A stretch of 64,000 nucleotides of DNA, taken from positions 3,278-67,277 of the IMG/VR virus record IMGVR_UViG_3300003690_000011. One strand, written 5' to 3'. Shown here one piece after another: positions 8,105 to 17,255 of the stretch (the first letter of the stretch is position 1; each line of letters starts with the position of its first letter). A model generated the notes under the pieces. It saw only the letters and a list, made by a program, of their open reading frames with translations. It was not told the DNA's origin and searched no databases. Position numbers and translations under genes: made by a program. This stretch comes from a virus.

Positions 8105-10303
8105 CTATAAGTTTCCTAATTGTGCGGATTGATTCGTTAGGTTTATTTCAAAGATTAGGATTTCCGCTGTCTTCGTTGGCTTAATAAGAACTTTAGTCCA
8201 AAGTTCATTTCGATCAACTCTAATTGGTGTATTTACTGATGAATCGCATACAACACGGAATTCAGTTATCCCGCGTCTCCTTCTAATATCATCAAGGAAA
8301 GGATTAAGAACCCCCTCAATTTGTGCCCAAGTGAACTCATCATTGGGCTCAAAAACAAATCTTCCTGTAGCTCGAAGAATTACCTTTCTCACATAAATCA
8401 TTAACCTACGTACATTAATACGATCTAATGCAGAGGAAGATCTTTGAGTAGTTCGCTGTCCCCAAATTGTAATTCCCTGTTGTGGGAAGGATACGATTGG
8501 ATTAATGATATTTCCCCCACTATATAGGGCATCTCTATCGCCTTGATTTAATTTTACCTCTGTGTCAATAGGCTTAGTTAATCTACCTCGTTGGAATCCT
8601 GCTGGAGCTACCCAGCTATCGGCAACGCTATCAGTATAGCACATCTGCCGTGCAGCAAAGATTGAGGGATCATACCATCTATCTTTCCCATCAAATACAC
8701 TAAACACTTTTAACCAAGGCCAGTGAACAGCAGCATAGGAACTGTTTATAGCAGCCGTTCTAGACCCCGCAGTACTAGCAGACTTACCATTTGTCCAATC
8801 AATAGCATCCTGCGCTGTTCCAATACCATAAGGGGGAGCTACTAAAGCCATGAAATTTTGAGTATTTTCGGCTAAGGTTATTAAATTATTTTGTACACTC
8901 TGAGTAGAAATACCTGGGACAACCGCTATTCCGATATTAATAGTCTCATCATCAAGAGATTGCATACCTGTTTTTGGATCGACAGTAGCATCCCCAATGA
9001 GTGCGGTGGCATCTTCAGTACCGTTTGTACCTCCTGCCATATTTAAGCCAGTATTGGCAAGGAGTTTACTCCATCTACCTCCACCCGGCAACACCGTTTC
9101 ATAATTTTCCTCAGCAGTACCAACTCCATTAGGGAAGTCTCTGGAGTAGAGATATTGAGTCTTTGCAACAAAGTTATCTGTTCCATCAGGTGATGTCACA
9201 CCAAAAATAAGATAACCCAAAGTATCTCCAAAGTTTTGTTGCCTTGTCACAGCCACATCAGCTTGAGAATACATTATGTTACCCTTAATAACATCTGAAG
9301 TTAAGTTGGTTTCTCCTGTATTAATCACATCTTCAATAAAGTTACCTGAAGCAAGGAAACTAGAATTAAATTGTTCTGCCGCTACTCCATCTTGTACAAC
9401 ATTAAGGTTAAAGGTTCCTCCCCCTAATTGAGTAAGGCTAATTGCGTTTCCACTAGCTGTACCATCAGTTCTAGTACCTCCATTATATCCATTGCCCTCG
9501 TATAGGGAAAGTAGACTATACTGAGTAGAACTAGCTCCTTCTTTAATAAAAGTAGACCCATAAGCTCGAACTGCCGAAGCTAAGTAAAAACCTGGCCCAT
9601 AAGCGGAAACACCATAATTTGTTACAGCAGTAGCACTTACAGGATAGAGAGCAGATAACCCGACATCAAAGTTGGAGTCCGTGTGAGCGGACACTCCAAT
9701 AGATGCACCTGAGCCAGCATATTGCCCCACTAGGGCTCCTGATAACCCTAGAGAAGTGTCTGTTGCCTGCCCTCCATCAAAACATCCCACTTCATCAGCC
9801 TCTAAAGATCCTCCTACAATAGATCTAATAGCCTGAGCTTGGCCTATGGTAGCGGTGCCCGCAGGAATGGAATACTTTCTGGGGGTGGCAAATTGAGCAG
9901 TACCATCATTATCATATACTTGAATTTGGAGATATAAATCCACATCAACCCCATAAGCTGCGCCTGTTACGTCACTTCCTGAAACAATAACAGCAGGACA
10001 AGAACCTAGGGACATCAAAGCAGAAGCATCTGTAGCTCCCGAACCTATAGCCCGAACAAAGTACAAGTTACTTGTTTGTTCTAAGATCTCTAAAGACCCT
10101 TCTAACGCCTGCCCAGGAATTCCTTCGTTGGGCTCACCAAAAGTAGTAATTAGACTATTCTGACTAGTAATTAAAGTTGCTTTATTAGTAGGACCCTTTC
10201 CTGCAAAACCTACAACCCCTACAATAGAAGTATTAATAGAGGGGGCGAATTCAGAAATATCCTTTTCAATAGTATAGACACCTGGGCTTACGTAATTTAC
10301 CAT
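8105..10303 (-). CDS. gp18: Tail sheath protein (T4 gp18-like)
   Basis: YVSPGVYTIEKDIS, SSYAAVHWPW, WVAPAGFQRG, DRINVRRL, FEPND, IKPTKTAE. Confidence 0.95.
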   Translation of the reverse strand: MVNYVSPGVYTIEKDISEFAPSINTSIVGVVGFAGKGPTNKATLITSQNSLITTFGEPNEGIPGQALEGSLEILEQTSNLYFVRAIGSGATDASALMSLGSCPAVIVSGSDVTGAAYGVDVDLYLQIQVYDNDGTAQFATPRKYSIPAGTATIGQAQAIRSIVGGSLEADEVGCFDGGQATDTSLGLSGALVGQYAGSGASIGVSAHTDSNFDVGLSALYPVSATAVTNYGVSAYGPGFYLASAVRAYGSTFIKEGASSTQYSLLSLYEGNGYNGGTRTDGTASGNAISLTQLGGGTFNLNVVQDGVAAEQFNSSFLASGNFIEDVINTGETNLTSDVIKGNIMYSQADVAVTRQQNFGDTLGYLIFGVTSPDGTDNFVAKTQYLYSRDFPNGVGTAEENYETVLPGGGRWSKLLANTGLNMAGGTNGTEDATALIGDATVDPKTGMQSLDDETINIGIAVVPGISTQSVQNNLITLAENTQNFMALVAPPYGIGTAQDAIDWTNGKSASTAGSRTAAINSSYAAVHWPWLKVFSVFDGKDRWYDPSIFAARQMCYTDSVADSWVAPAGFQRGRLTKPIDTEVKLNQGDRDALYSGGNIINPIVSFPQQGITIWGQRTTQRSSSALDRINVRRLMIYVRKVILRATGRFVFEPNDEFTWAQIEGVLNPFLDDIRRRRGITEFRVVCDSSVNTPIRVDRNELWTKVLIKPTKTAEILIFEINLTNQSAQLGNL

Positions 10304-10314
10304 TTGTTATTCTC

Positions 10315-10491
10315 CTAAGCGTTAGAAATATTAAAAATTCGTCTACGTTGCAGAGTTTTTAATTGCTCCGTAATGTAACTATTAGGAACTACCAAAGTTT
10401 CCCCTGGCTTCATCCACATTTCTTTACACCCTTTTTCAGTATTAAAATATACTGTGAAGGCTTGTAGACTATCATTTTTAACTGTTTTCAT
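10315..10491 (-). CDS. Small hypothetical protein (58 aa), not in ORF track
   Basis: MKTVKNDSLQAFTVYFNTEKG...RRRIFNISNA*; AAGGAG RBS upstream; fills the gap before the sheath gene. Confidence 0.7.
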   Translation of the reverse strand: MKTVKNDSLQAFTVYFNTEKGCKEMWMKPGETLVVPNSYITEQLKTLQRRRIFNISNA

Positions 10492-10551
10492 AATTTTGTC
10501 TCCTTATTATCTACCCAAGTAAGATTATTTTTTTGATAACTTTTTTTATAC

Positions 10552-10896
10552 TCAATTCACAAAGACAGTAGGGGTTCCCACAGCCCATCCAGTAATAGCA
10601 CCACACCCATCTACTACATATGTATCCCCAATTCTGCCTACAGCTAAACTATTTACAAAAACATTCGGTGAAGCAGTCCCTAAAGCAGGAGTGTGTGGAG
10701 AACAGTCAGTACCCTCAGGATCAGCACAATTACCACCCTCGACAGTGCAATAAGTATGCGGTGTAGTTCCATCGGTTAATCTATGCACCCCCAGTCCTCC
10801 TGCAAGAGTATCAACAGAGGCACCCAAACACGTAGTATTTAAAGTACATAAATGATCAGTCGCTACTGCATCAGTTCTTCTAGCTATACCTGGCAT
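10552..10896 (-). CDS. PAAR-like spike tip protein (gp5.4-like)
   Basis: IARRTD..H, VHRLTD...H, NVFVN..AVGRIGD and TVFVN repeats. Confidence 0.8.
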   Translation of the reverse strand: MPGIARRTDAVATDHLCTLNTTCLGASVDTLAGGLGVHRLTDGTTPHTYCTVEGGNCADPEGTDCSPHTPALGTASPNVFVNSLAVGRIGDTYVVDGCGAITGWAVGTPTVFVN

Positions 10897-11657
10897 TAAA
10901 ACTCCATGTTGACTTTTTCGATTTTCCCTGTTGCGGTAATTAGGAATTTAGGATTAGGAATATATGTTCTTACAACTATATTAATAGCTTTTTGCAAAAC
11001 TCTATCCTCTTTATCTGCTGCTGTAAGAGTTCCTACATCCTCCTCACTATCTATAAATCCCTTAGTAAGGGTAGCGTGCTTGGTAGGAACTTCCATTTCA
11101 GGATTGAACTTAATTCTAATCTGCTCTAATATTTGATCCATATCAGCCATATACTTTGTCCATATATTTATTTGGTATCTAATATTAATTGCTCTTGGAG
11201 CTAAACTGAGAATTCTAAATGCTCTATTTTTCTCAGCGTCCCAAAATTTTTCATGAACTAGCAGACTCTCGTATCGCCTCCTAGTCTCATCATTATCCGA
11301 AGTAGTTTGCGAAATAGATAGGATAGGAAGAATAATATTATTTTCTTGTTGTAATTTAGCAACCGCACGCTCTGCATTTGCATGTATACATTTTATATTT
11401 AAAAACTTATCTTCCGAACTAATGTATCCTACATCATTAAACGATACAATCATCGCTCGCAATAGTTCTCTATAAACAAAAGAGATGTTACTCTCAGCTT
11501 GTGTCATTTTATATAGAAGTTTACGAAAACCTCCTTCTCGCGTATCCCACCTATCATTTCTACTTCCATAGGCTAGGATAGCTGAAGTATCAGTATCCAA
11601 GTATCCACTATCAATAACTACTCCACTAGATGACACTTTCGCCTCCTGCGTAGCCAC
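10896..11657 (-). CDS. Tail terminator / sheath stabilizer (gp15-like)
   Basis: Synteny after the neck genes; LPILS, P...NIRYQINIWTKY..DMDQILEQI...FNP. Confidence 0.7.
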   Translation of the reverse strand: MATQEAKVSSSGVVIDSGYLDTDTSAILAYGSRNDRWDTREGGFRKLLYKMTQAESNISFVYRELLRAMIVSFNDVGYISSEDKFLNIKCIHANAERAVAKLQQENNIILPILSISQTTSDNDETRRRYESLLVHEKFWDAEKNRAFRILSLAPRAINIRYQINIWTKYMADMDQILEQIRIKFNPEMEVPTKHATLTKGFIDSEEDVGTLTAADKEDRVLQKAINIVVRTYIPNPKFLITATGKIEKVNMEF

Positions 11658-12204
11658 CTAGTTCATCCGAGACCTGAGAGAGAGGAGTATCCTGCACATC
11701 GGGAGCATCGCGTAGGAGCCTCGCAGAGCACGCTATATGGTACACTCCATAAGCTTCAAAGCTCTCCTCTACAACCTCAAAGATTTCATAATCTTGATCC
11801 TGAAAAAGGGGCTTAACTATATCTCCAGGAATTATTAATCTTCCTAATCTACGTTCAATATAACTCTTATTGAATGTAAATAGCTGATCATTAGTGAGTT
11901 GAATACCAAACTGTGTAAGTTCTTCACTCATAGCAATAGGTTCATAGTGTCCATGAATTACTATAGGCTGCTTTGCCACTGGTTTGTTCCGGGATTCCAT
12001 ATATACGGGATCAAAATCATGAGTTTGAAAGTATTTATATAGATAAAACTTGGAACCCGAAAGCCTAATGATTTCATCATCTACTAAATTAAAAAGATTT
12101 ATATCAGCATTATTCTGATCAAATAAACTAAGTAAACTATCCTCACCATCAAGGTCAGGAAGCTCTGGTAGTTTAGTTGTTACTTTCCAATTTTTATTAG
12201 GCAT
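11626..12204 (-). CDS. Neck / head-closure protein (gp14-like)
   Basis: DEIIRLSG...DPVYME...LTQFG...PGDIV...YEIFEV; synteny. Confidence 0.7.
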   Translation of the reverse strand: MPNKNWKVTTKLPELPDLDGEDSLLSLFDQNNADINLFNLVDDEIIRLSGSKFYLYKYFQTHDFDPVYMESRNKPVAKQPIVIHGHYEPIAMSEELTQFGIQLTNDQLFTFNKSYIERRLGRLIIPGDIVKPLFQDQDYEIFEVVEESFEAYGVYHIACSARLLRDAPDVQDTPLSQVSDELGGYAGGESVI

Positions 12205-12214
12205 TTATTTACCT

Positions 12215-12901
12215 CTATTTAGCTGCTGCCTTCTTCTTCCTTGCGGCGGCTTTCTTTCTTCTCCTCTCAAGCCTTGCCTCGTCCCAGAACGCCTTCCCTG
12301 GTACTCCTCCACTTCCTTTTCCTGTCTCTCTTTGTCTTGCTTCGCCAGGGTGTTCACCGTAATCAGGATCGTATCTCTCGCTGTCTGGGCCTGGGGGACC
12401 TCTTCTTTCTGCAAGAACACTTCCAATTCTTTGGTACTCAGTCCAATCTCTCATTTTACGACGCGGATTGGCGATCCTTCTTTTTCTATCCGCTCTTTGT
12501 TTTTTTGTCTCTGCTGGGTAATGTGTTTCTGTTCCACCCTCCGTTCCAGGACCAGTACCCGCTGGTCTAGCTGGCTCGTTCCCCGTTTCCTGGTGGGCCT
12601 GTCGCCCTCCCCCACTGGATGGTCTTGTTGGTTTCACCCTTCTCCCATGAACTTCCGTTAAAGCTTGTACATATTTATTCATTTTTAATTCGATTCCTTC
12701 CATTGATACATCTGGATCGAGGTAAGTAGGTTTCCTTCTTTTAGGTTTTTGAGGAGCAGCACCCGCTCTTTCCTGCCTAACTACCCGCGTTGTTTGAGCT
12801 AGTGATGACCCTGGCCTAAAGGGTTTTGGCGGTTTAACCTGAGGTAATTTTAATCTTTCCACTAAATATTTACCTATTCTTTTATTTTCCTGATGTGTCA
12901 T
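12215..12901 (-). CDS. Arg-rich modular protein, probable internal head polyprotein
   Basis: Three leader-like segments (NKRIGKYLVE, MNKYVQALTE, EYQRIGSVLAE) separated by basic low-complexity blocks. Confidence 0.6.
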   Translation of the reverse strand: MTHQENKRIGKYLVERLKLPQVKPPKPFRPGSSLAQTTRVVRQERAGAAPQKPKRRKPTYLDPDVSMEGIELKMNKYVQALTEVHGRRVKPTRPSSGGGRQAHQETGNEPARPAGTGPGTEGGTETHYPAETKKQRADRKRRIANPRRKMRDWTEYQRIGSVLAERRGPPGPDSERYDPDYGEHPGEARQRETGKGSGGVPGKAFWDEARLERRRKKAAARKKKAAAK

Positions 12902-12909
12902 AATAATTT

Positions 12910-13797
12910 TTAGAAAGTAGTGAAGACTGGGGGTTCTTCTATTTCAAAGAGAAGTTCCTCTTTTAGTTTCTCTTTATCTTGTACACTTTGTTGAATAAGA
13001 GCTTGTCCATTTAACTGCGCTCCTCCTCCTGGGGAGGGGAGGGTAGCATACTTCCCTCGAATTTCTCCTAAAATACCCATAGATGCCGCAAGCGCATATC
13101 TCTGTATCCAATTTTTGTAATATGGATGTAATGTAGCAGCATCTAACGCCCTGTACACTAAAATAACGATTTGGCTACTTAGTACAGGAGTAGGATATAG
13201 CTGGAGAACATTTCCATTTATAAGATCCCAAGCCCCTTCTTGGCTTAAAACTTTTCTCATCATTTCTAGATGAGTCTGTAACAAGTAGAAATCAGAAACA
13301 CTAAAATTACTAAAGAGAAAATTATCTTGAAAATACTTGATAAAGAAATCAAACTCCAAAGTTCCAGCCATACTTTGAAGGCTCAATAAACTCTTCTTGT
13401 AAACCACATAACTTAAATTATAAGCAATATGCATTGGAAGAACATAAGCACCTACGCCCGCTGAACACTGAAAAGAAGCTACCTGCGTAGTCCACATAGG
13501 AGCGTGATAATCTAGATTAGTAATGGCTTCATCTATCGCTGTTTTTAATTGATAATCCGTAAGCTCCACCCTTACCACAGGATGGCCCAGGCGAGCGAGC
13601 ACGAAGTCTCTAATGGTCTCTTCAAATATAGTTAACTCAACAGGATCAGCAAATGTCATAGTATTCAATTTACTACTATCAATTGCTGTGGAATATATAT
13701 CGGTATTCCCTAGGTATCTACCTCCATAAGTTCCAAAGGTATCACCATACCCCATTAGTAGGGGGTCTACTCTAGGTGCTGCTGCTAGGGGTGGCAT
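12910..13797 (-). CDS. Neck / head-tail adaptor (gp13-like)
   Basis: RLGHPVVRVEL..Q...AIDEA, WIQRYALA...LGEIRGKY, PGG...LNG. Confidence 0.8.
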   Translation of the reverse strand: MPPLAAAPRVDPLLMGYGDTFGTYGGRYLGNTDIYSTAIDSSKLNTMTFADPVELTIFEETIRDFVLARLGHPVVRVELTDYQLKTAIDEAITNLDYHAPMWTTQVASFQCSAGVGAYVLPMHIAYNLSYVVYKKSLLSLQSMAGTLEFDFFIKYFQDNFLFSNFSVSDFYLLQTHLEMMRKVLSQEGAWDLINGNVLQLYPTPVLSSQIVILVYRALDAATLHPYYKNWIQRYALAASMGILGEIRGKYATLPSPGGGAQLNGQALIQQSVQDKEKLKEELLFEIEEPPVFTTF

Positions 13798-14014
13798 TTA
13801 TACTCTTTTTTTCTACTCTTTTATTAAAAGTCTTTTTTATAGATAAACTTTTTCTCTTTACTCTGATCAATTTTTCTTTTTCAGAAATTAATTCTAAATG
13901 TCTCGATTGAATAGTTACATCTGATTCAAATAATTCCCCTGGTCTAATTTCAATTATTTCATTTTTGATATGAAGTAGCATATTCCATCTACATTTACTT
14001 CTGTAGGTATACAT
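13772..14014 (-). CDS. Small hypothetical protein
   Basis: ATG at 14014 preceded by GAGGA; lies between the capsid terminator and the neck gene. Confidence 0.55.
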   Translation of the reverse strand: MYTYRSKCRWNMLLHIKNEIIEIRPGELFESDVTIQSRHLELISEKEKLIRVKRKSLSIKKTFNKRVEKKSINATPSSST

Positions 14015-14042
14015 AAACAATCCTCTACTGTATATAGGAAGG

Positions 14043-14080
14043 GAAAAGGGGTCAGAGGATTTATTTTCCTCTGACCCCCT
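14043..14080 (-). terminator. Rho-independent terminator after major capsid gene
   Basis: Minus strand ggggtcagagga-aaataaa-tcctctgacccc-tttt. Confidence 0.8.
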
Positions 14081-14104
14081 GTAAAACTTCTTACCTACTT
14101 CAGA

Positions 14105-15766
14105 TTACCGTGGTACAGCAGTACCATTAATAGCAGTATTCTTAGAGAAAGGTGAGTAGAGGTAGTTAGCAGTAGGACCAACGATCCTAATAATGCGATA
14201 GTACCTGTTATATGGCTCAAGTGTTACCTTACCATAACGAGTGAGAATACCCTTCCTAGGCTGGAAGGTCTCAGGATCAACTATGGTGGGTAGCTGCTGG
14301 AGTGGGATGTATGGAGCGTAGACAAAGCCTGTGTCCATAGCATTGGCACCCTTATAGCCAACCATAATTTCGTCTTGAGGATACATAGGATCAACAAACA
14401 GATCGTAACGACCCATAAATTTACCCCTGTATTCAATACTGTTCTTACCCATATTAGTAGGACCATCCTTAGGCATTACGCCTCCCTCAAGTTTTGCAGC
14501 ACTCTCTAGGAGAGAAGCTACAAGAGGAGAAGTGACAAGCCAACTGCCAGGACCACGCATAGTTGTGCGATAAATATCCTGCGAAGCAAGGTTAATAACC
14601 GCAAGCAGGTTAGCATACACTTCGCCAACGTGACGAGGATACATACCAACAGTTTCTTGACTGAAATCACAAATAAAGACGTTTGATTCTCCTGTATGTT
14701 GAGACACCGATTGAGTCGCTCCCGTCCCCTCAGCACCGTCGAAATCGTAGGTAAACTGGTTAGGAACAAAAACACCTGTGCTTGTGCCATCAATAATACC
14801 TGGGAAGGTATTGGGTCCACCCATCGTAATATAATCGCTATCCATTAAATTAAGATTAACACCACCAAGGTTAGTGTTGTGCATTCCGTAAGCAATCATA
14901 CGAACATCTTCGATAATTTCACGATCAATTTCTAAAGCTAGTTCTTTAGAAAGAAGCTCAGTAAGCTCTTTCTCAAGATCAAGGTTGTGATATGCTTTCA
15001 GATCTTGAGAAGCCTCAAGAGTCCAAAGACAACGCATCTTACGAGTGTTAGCAACAACTGCTTCTTGCTCAATGTGGAAGGTCATTTCTGGAATACCAGT
15101 TCCAGTCAGACGCTCACCAGCAGAGAGTTGCCAGCCCTGTACTGACGAAGTATTAGGCCATGCAGCAATTCTACCACCCATAGTACCAGAACCAGCACCA
15201 GCACCAAACTGTGTGACACCAGAACCAGCTATGACGTTCGAAACATCGAAGCCGCTTACGGCTGTATCTCCGTCAAGACCATCACCAGTACCTGTACCTT
15301 GATCAATACTAAAAGTACCCGCACCAGGAAGCGAGTCCGTCGCCGCTGCCTGTCCAACCGTGTTCGCGGTTGAACCAATAGCAGAAGCTGTTAAGCCGCG
15401 ATAAGTAAGTTGAAACTTACTGTACACATTCTGGATTGTGCTTCCATATGCTCTGTCGTTACCAATATAAAATACTTGGCTAACTGGGCCTTGCATAGGC
15501 TGAACTCCAACAATACTGTTGGCAATAAGTTCGGGGTATACTCGGCGTACAAGAGGGAAAGCGAATTTTTGGAAAGTACCTAGCTGACCAGTTGTGGTGG
15601 TAGCAGCAGTAATAGCCTCATTCATCTTATCCTCTACAATAGACTTAGCTTGATTCTCTAGGAGTTGAGCAGTTACTCTACGAGTATAATCACTATCAAT
15701 ACCCTCTAGTACTGGCTCCCACTTCTGAACAAGCTCTTCATCGTGTAAATACATTCCTGTGTCCAT
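14105..15766 (-). CDS. gp23: Major capsid protein (T4 gp23-like)
   Basis: KWEPVLEG, LLENQ, PLVRR, VGVQPM.GP, EASQDLKAYH, EIDREII, YAPYIPL, FQPRKGILTRYG. Confidence 0.97.
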   Translation of the reverse strand: MDTGMYLHDEELVQKWEPVLEGIDSDYTRRVTAQLLENQAKSIVEDKMNEAITAATTTTGQLGTFQKFAFPLVRRVYPELIANSIVGVQPMQGPVSQVFYIGNDRAYGSTIQNVYSKFQLTYRGLTASAIGSTANTVGQAAATDSLPGAGTFSIDQGTGTGDGLDGDTAVSGFDVSNVIAGSGVTQFGAGAGSGTMGGRIAAWPNTSSVQGWQLSAGERLTGTGIPEMTFHIEQEAVVANTRKMRCLWTLEASQDLKAYHNLDLEKELTELLSKELALEIDREIIEDVRMIAYGMHNTNLGGVNLNLMDSDYITMGGPNTFPGIIDGTSTGVFVPNQFTYDFDGAEGTGATQSVSQHTGESNVFICDFSQETVGMYPRHVGEVYANLLAVINLASQDIYRTTMRGPGSWLVTSPLVASLLESAAKLEGGVMPKDGPTNMGKNSIEYRGKFMGRYDLFVDPMYPQDEIMVGYKGANAMDTGFVYAPYIPLQQLPTIVDPETFQPRKGILTRYGKVTLEPYNRYYRIIRIVGPTANYLYSPFSKNTAINGTAVPR

Positions 15767-15793
15767 AATAAAATAATTCCTTTTTGTAATCTA

Positions 15794-16432
15794 TTAAGAG
15801 TTGGAGAAAGGCATGAACCTCATGACCTCATCTGTTAAGAACTGATTTCCACCAGTCCTTTCTTCGTTAATCTCCCTGTCTGCGTTGGAGATAATAACAG
15901 CTTTTTCAGATGAGACAAATGCCTCGTCCTTGGAAGCCTCTAAATCCTCAACTTCTTCAACAAGTTGAGTGTTAACACTTTCTAGATCACTAATATGAGA
16001 TTCGAAAAGAGATGCTTTATTATCTAGTACTTTTAAAGTACCCTGTAATTTCTCGTTCTCTTCAACCAGTCTATTAACTTGGTCAACGAGAACATCAAAC
16101 TCCTCTTGGAGTTCAACTTGATTATCGGTCATTTCCGATAGAGCATTTTCCTCATCCTTATCAGAGAGTTCAAGCGACATTAAAGTTCTTACTGATTCGA
16201 ATAGTCTAGCATTTCTAAACACTTCATCTTCTTCGGATAGTTCCGTAAGAGCTTGTTCTTTTAATTGATCAATTTTAGTTCTTAAATATCCATTTACTTT
16301 AGCTTCTAAAAGTGATACTTTCTCTTCTACCTGCTCATTTATAGTAGAATCCACCAACTTGAAAATTTCTTCAACGGTAGACTCATCCAAACCCTCAGGT
16401 AGTATCTCTGCAATTGTTTTTATATTACTCAT
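15794..16432 (-). CDS. Prohead scaffold protein (gp22-like)
   Basis: Acidic coiled-coil protein directly upstream of the capsid gene, with many L-x-E sites. Confidence 0.75.
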   Translation of the reverse strand: MSNIKTIAEILPEGLDESTVEEIFKLVDSTINEQVEEKVSLLEAKVNGYLRTKIDQLKEQALTELSEEDEVFRNARLFESVRTLMSLELSDKDEENALSEMTDNQVELQEEFDVLVDQVNRLVEENEKLQGTLKVLDNKASLFESHISDLESVNTQLVEEVEDLEASKDEAFVSSEKAVIISNADREINEERTGGNQFLTDEVMRFMPFSNS

Positions 16433-16508
16433 TAGTTATAAGTCTCCTATGCATAAGTATTTACTACGCTTAGTAAATAAATTTATTTTTTTTTTAAAAA
16501 TGTAGGCG

Positions 16509-17255
16509 CTAATTATTTTTTCTTAGATTTTCGCAAGAGGATACATAACGTTCAGCTAACAACTTGCCTATTCTTCTGTATTCTGTCGATTCGAAAGAAC
16601 CGAACTTCTTTTTAAACATAAGTTTTTCACTCGCGGCGGTCTCCTGCGCACGCTCCGTCCATCGACCCTCCCCCCTGCGCCTTTTAATAAATTTTGCTAG
16701 TTCATCCCTGCCTGCTTGAAGTTCTGGTTTCTCCCCCGCACGCCGTGCAAGCCTCAACCGCCCACGCTGCCGCCGCCGAGCGTCTCGGGATCGGGGCCCA
16801 GGAGCACGATATCGTGATTTTGGTGTTGGTGTTCCTGTTGGTTCTGATTCTGGTGTTGAATGCCAACTTGGTAGTGATGTTTCTGTTGATGTTTCTGTTG
16901 ATGTTGGTTTTGGTTTTGGTTTTGGTGGTGGTGTTTCTGTTGGTGGTGTTTCTGTTGGTGATGTTTCTGTTGGTGTTTCTGTTGATGTTTCTGTTGATTC
17001 CGGGTCTGGGTCTGTTGTTGGTGTTCCTGTTGGTCCGGGTGTTCCTCTGGGTCTGGGTTTTCCTCTGGGTCTGGGTTTTCCTCTGGGTGATAGCGGCCCC
17101 CTAGGTTTTCTAGGCTTCGGGACCCTCGCAAGCGCCCCTAAGTATCGAAATTGTGCTGCTCCGCGTCGAGCTAGAGTATGGGGGCGAACTTGTCGATCCC
17201 TACCACGTAAAGTAGATTCAATCCTCTCAATTAGTAATTCTAACCTATTCGTCAT
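16509..17255 (-). CDS. Arg/Pro/Thr-rich low-complexity protein, probable internal head protein
   Basis: Lies between protease and scaffold and overlaps the protease stop by 1 nt; carries EYRRIGKLLAER and TETP/PRGK repeats. Confidence 0.6.
   Translation of the reverse strand: MTNRLELLIERIESTLRGRDRQVRPHTLARRGAAQFRYLGALARVPKPRKPRGPLSPRGKPRPRGKPRPRGTPGPTGTPTTDPDPESTETSTETPTETSPTETPPTETPPPKPKPKPTSTETSTETSLPSWHSTPESEPTGTPTPKSRYRAPGPRSRDARRRQRGRLRLARRAGEKPELQAGRDELAKFIKRRRGEGRWTERAQETAASEKLMFKKKFGSFESTEYRRIGKLLAERYVSSCENLRKNN
16874..17088 (-). repeat. Coding tandem repeats (12/15-nt TETS/TETPP, 6-nt KP and 18-nt PRGKPR units)
   Basis: Plus strand arrays gttgatgtttct, tttggt and ctgggttttcctctgggt; unit lengths are multiples of 3. 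Confidence 0.8.

Noticed and set aside
16874-17088. Possible CRISPR array or DGR repeats
   Set aside because: Short contiguous coding repeats with no spacers; no cas operon, reverse transcriptase or adenine-specific TR/VR pair seen in the window.
16694-17131. Q/H-rich (16754-17131) and V/L/F-rich (16694-17104) ORFs
   Set aside because: They are alternative-frame shadows of the 3n tandem repeats in 16509-17255, which has the coupled start and the shared motif.
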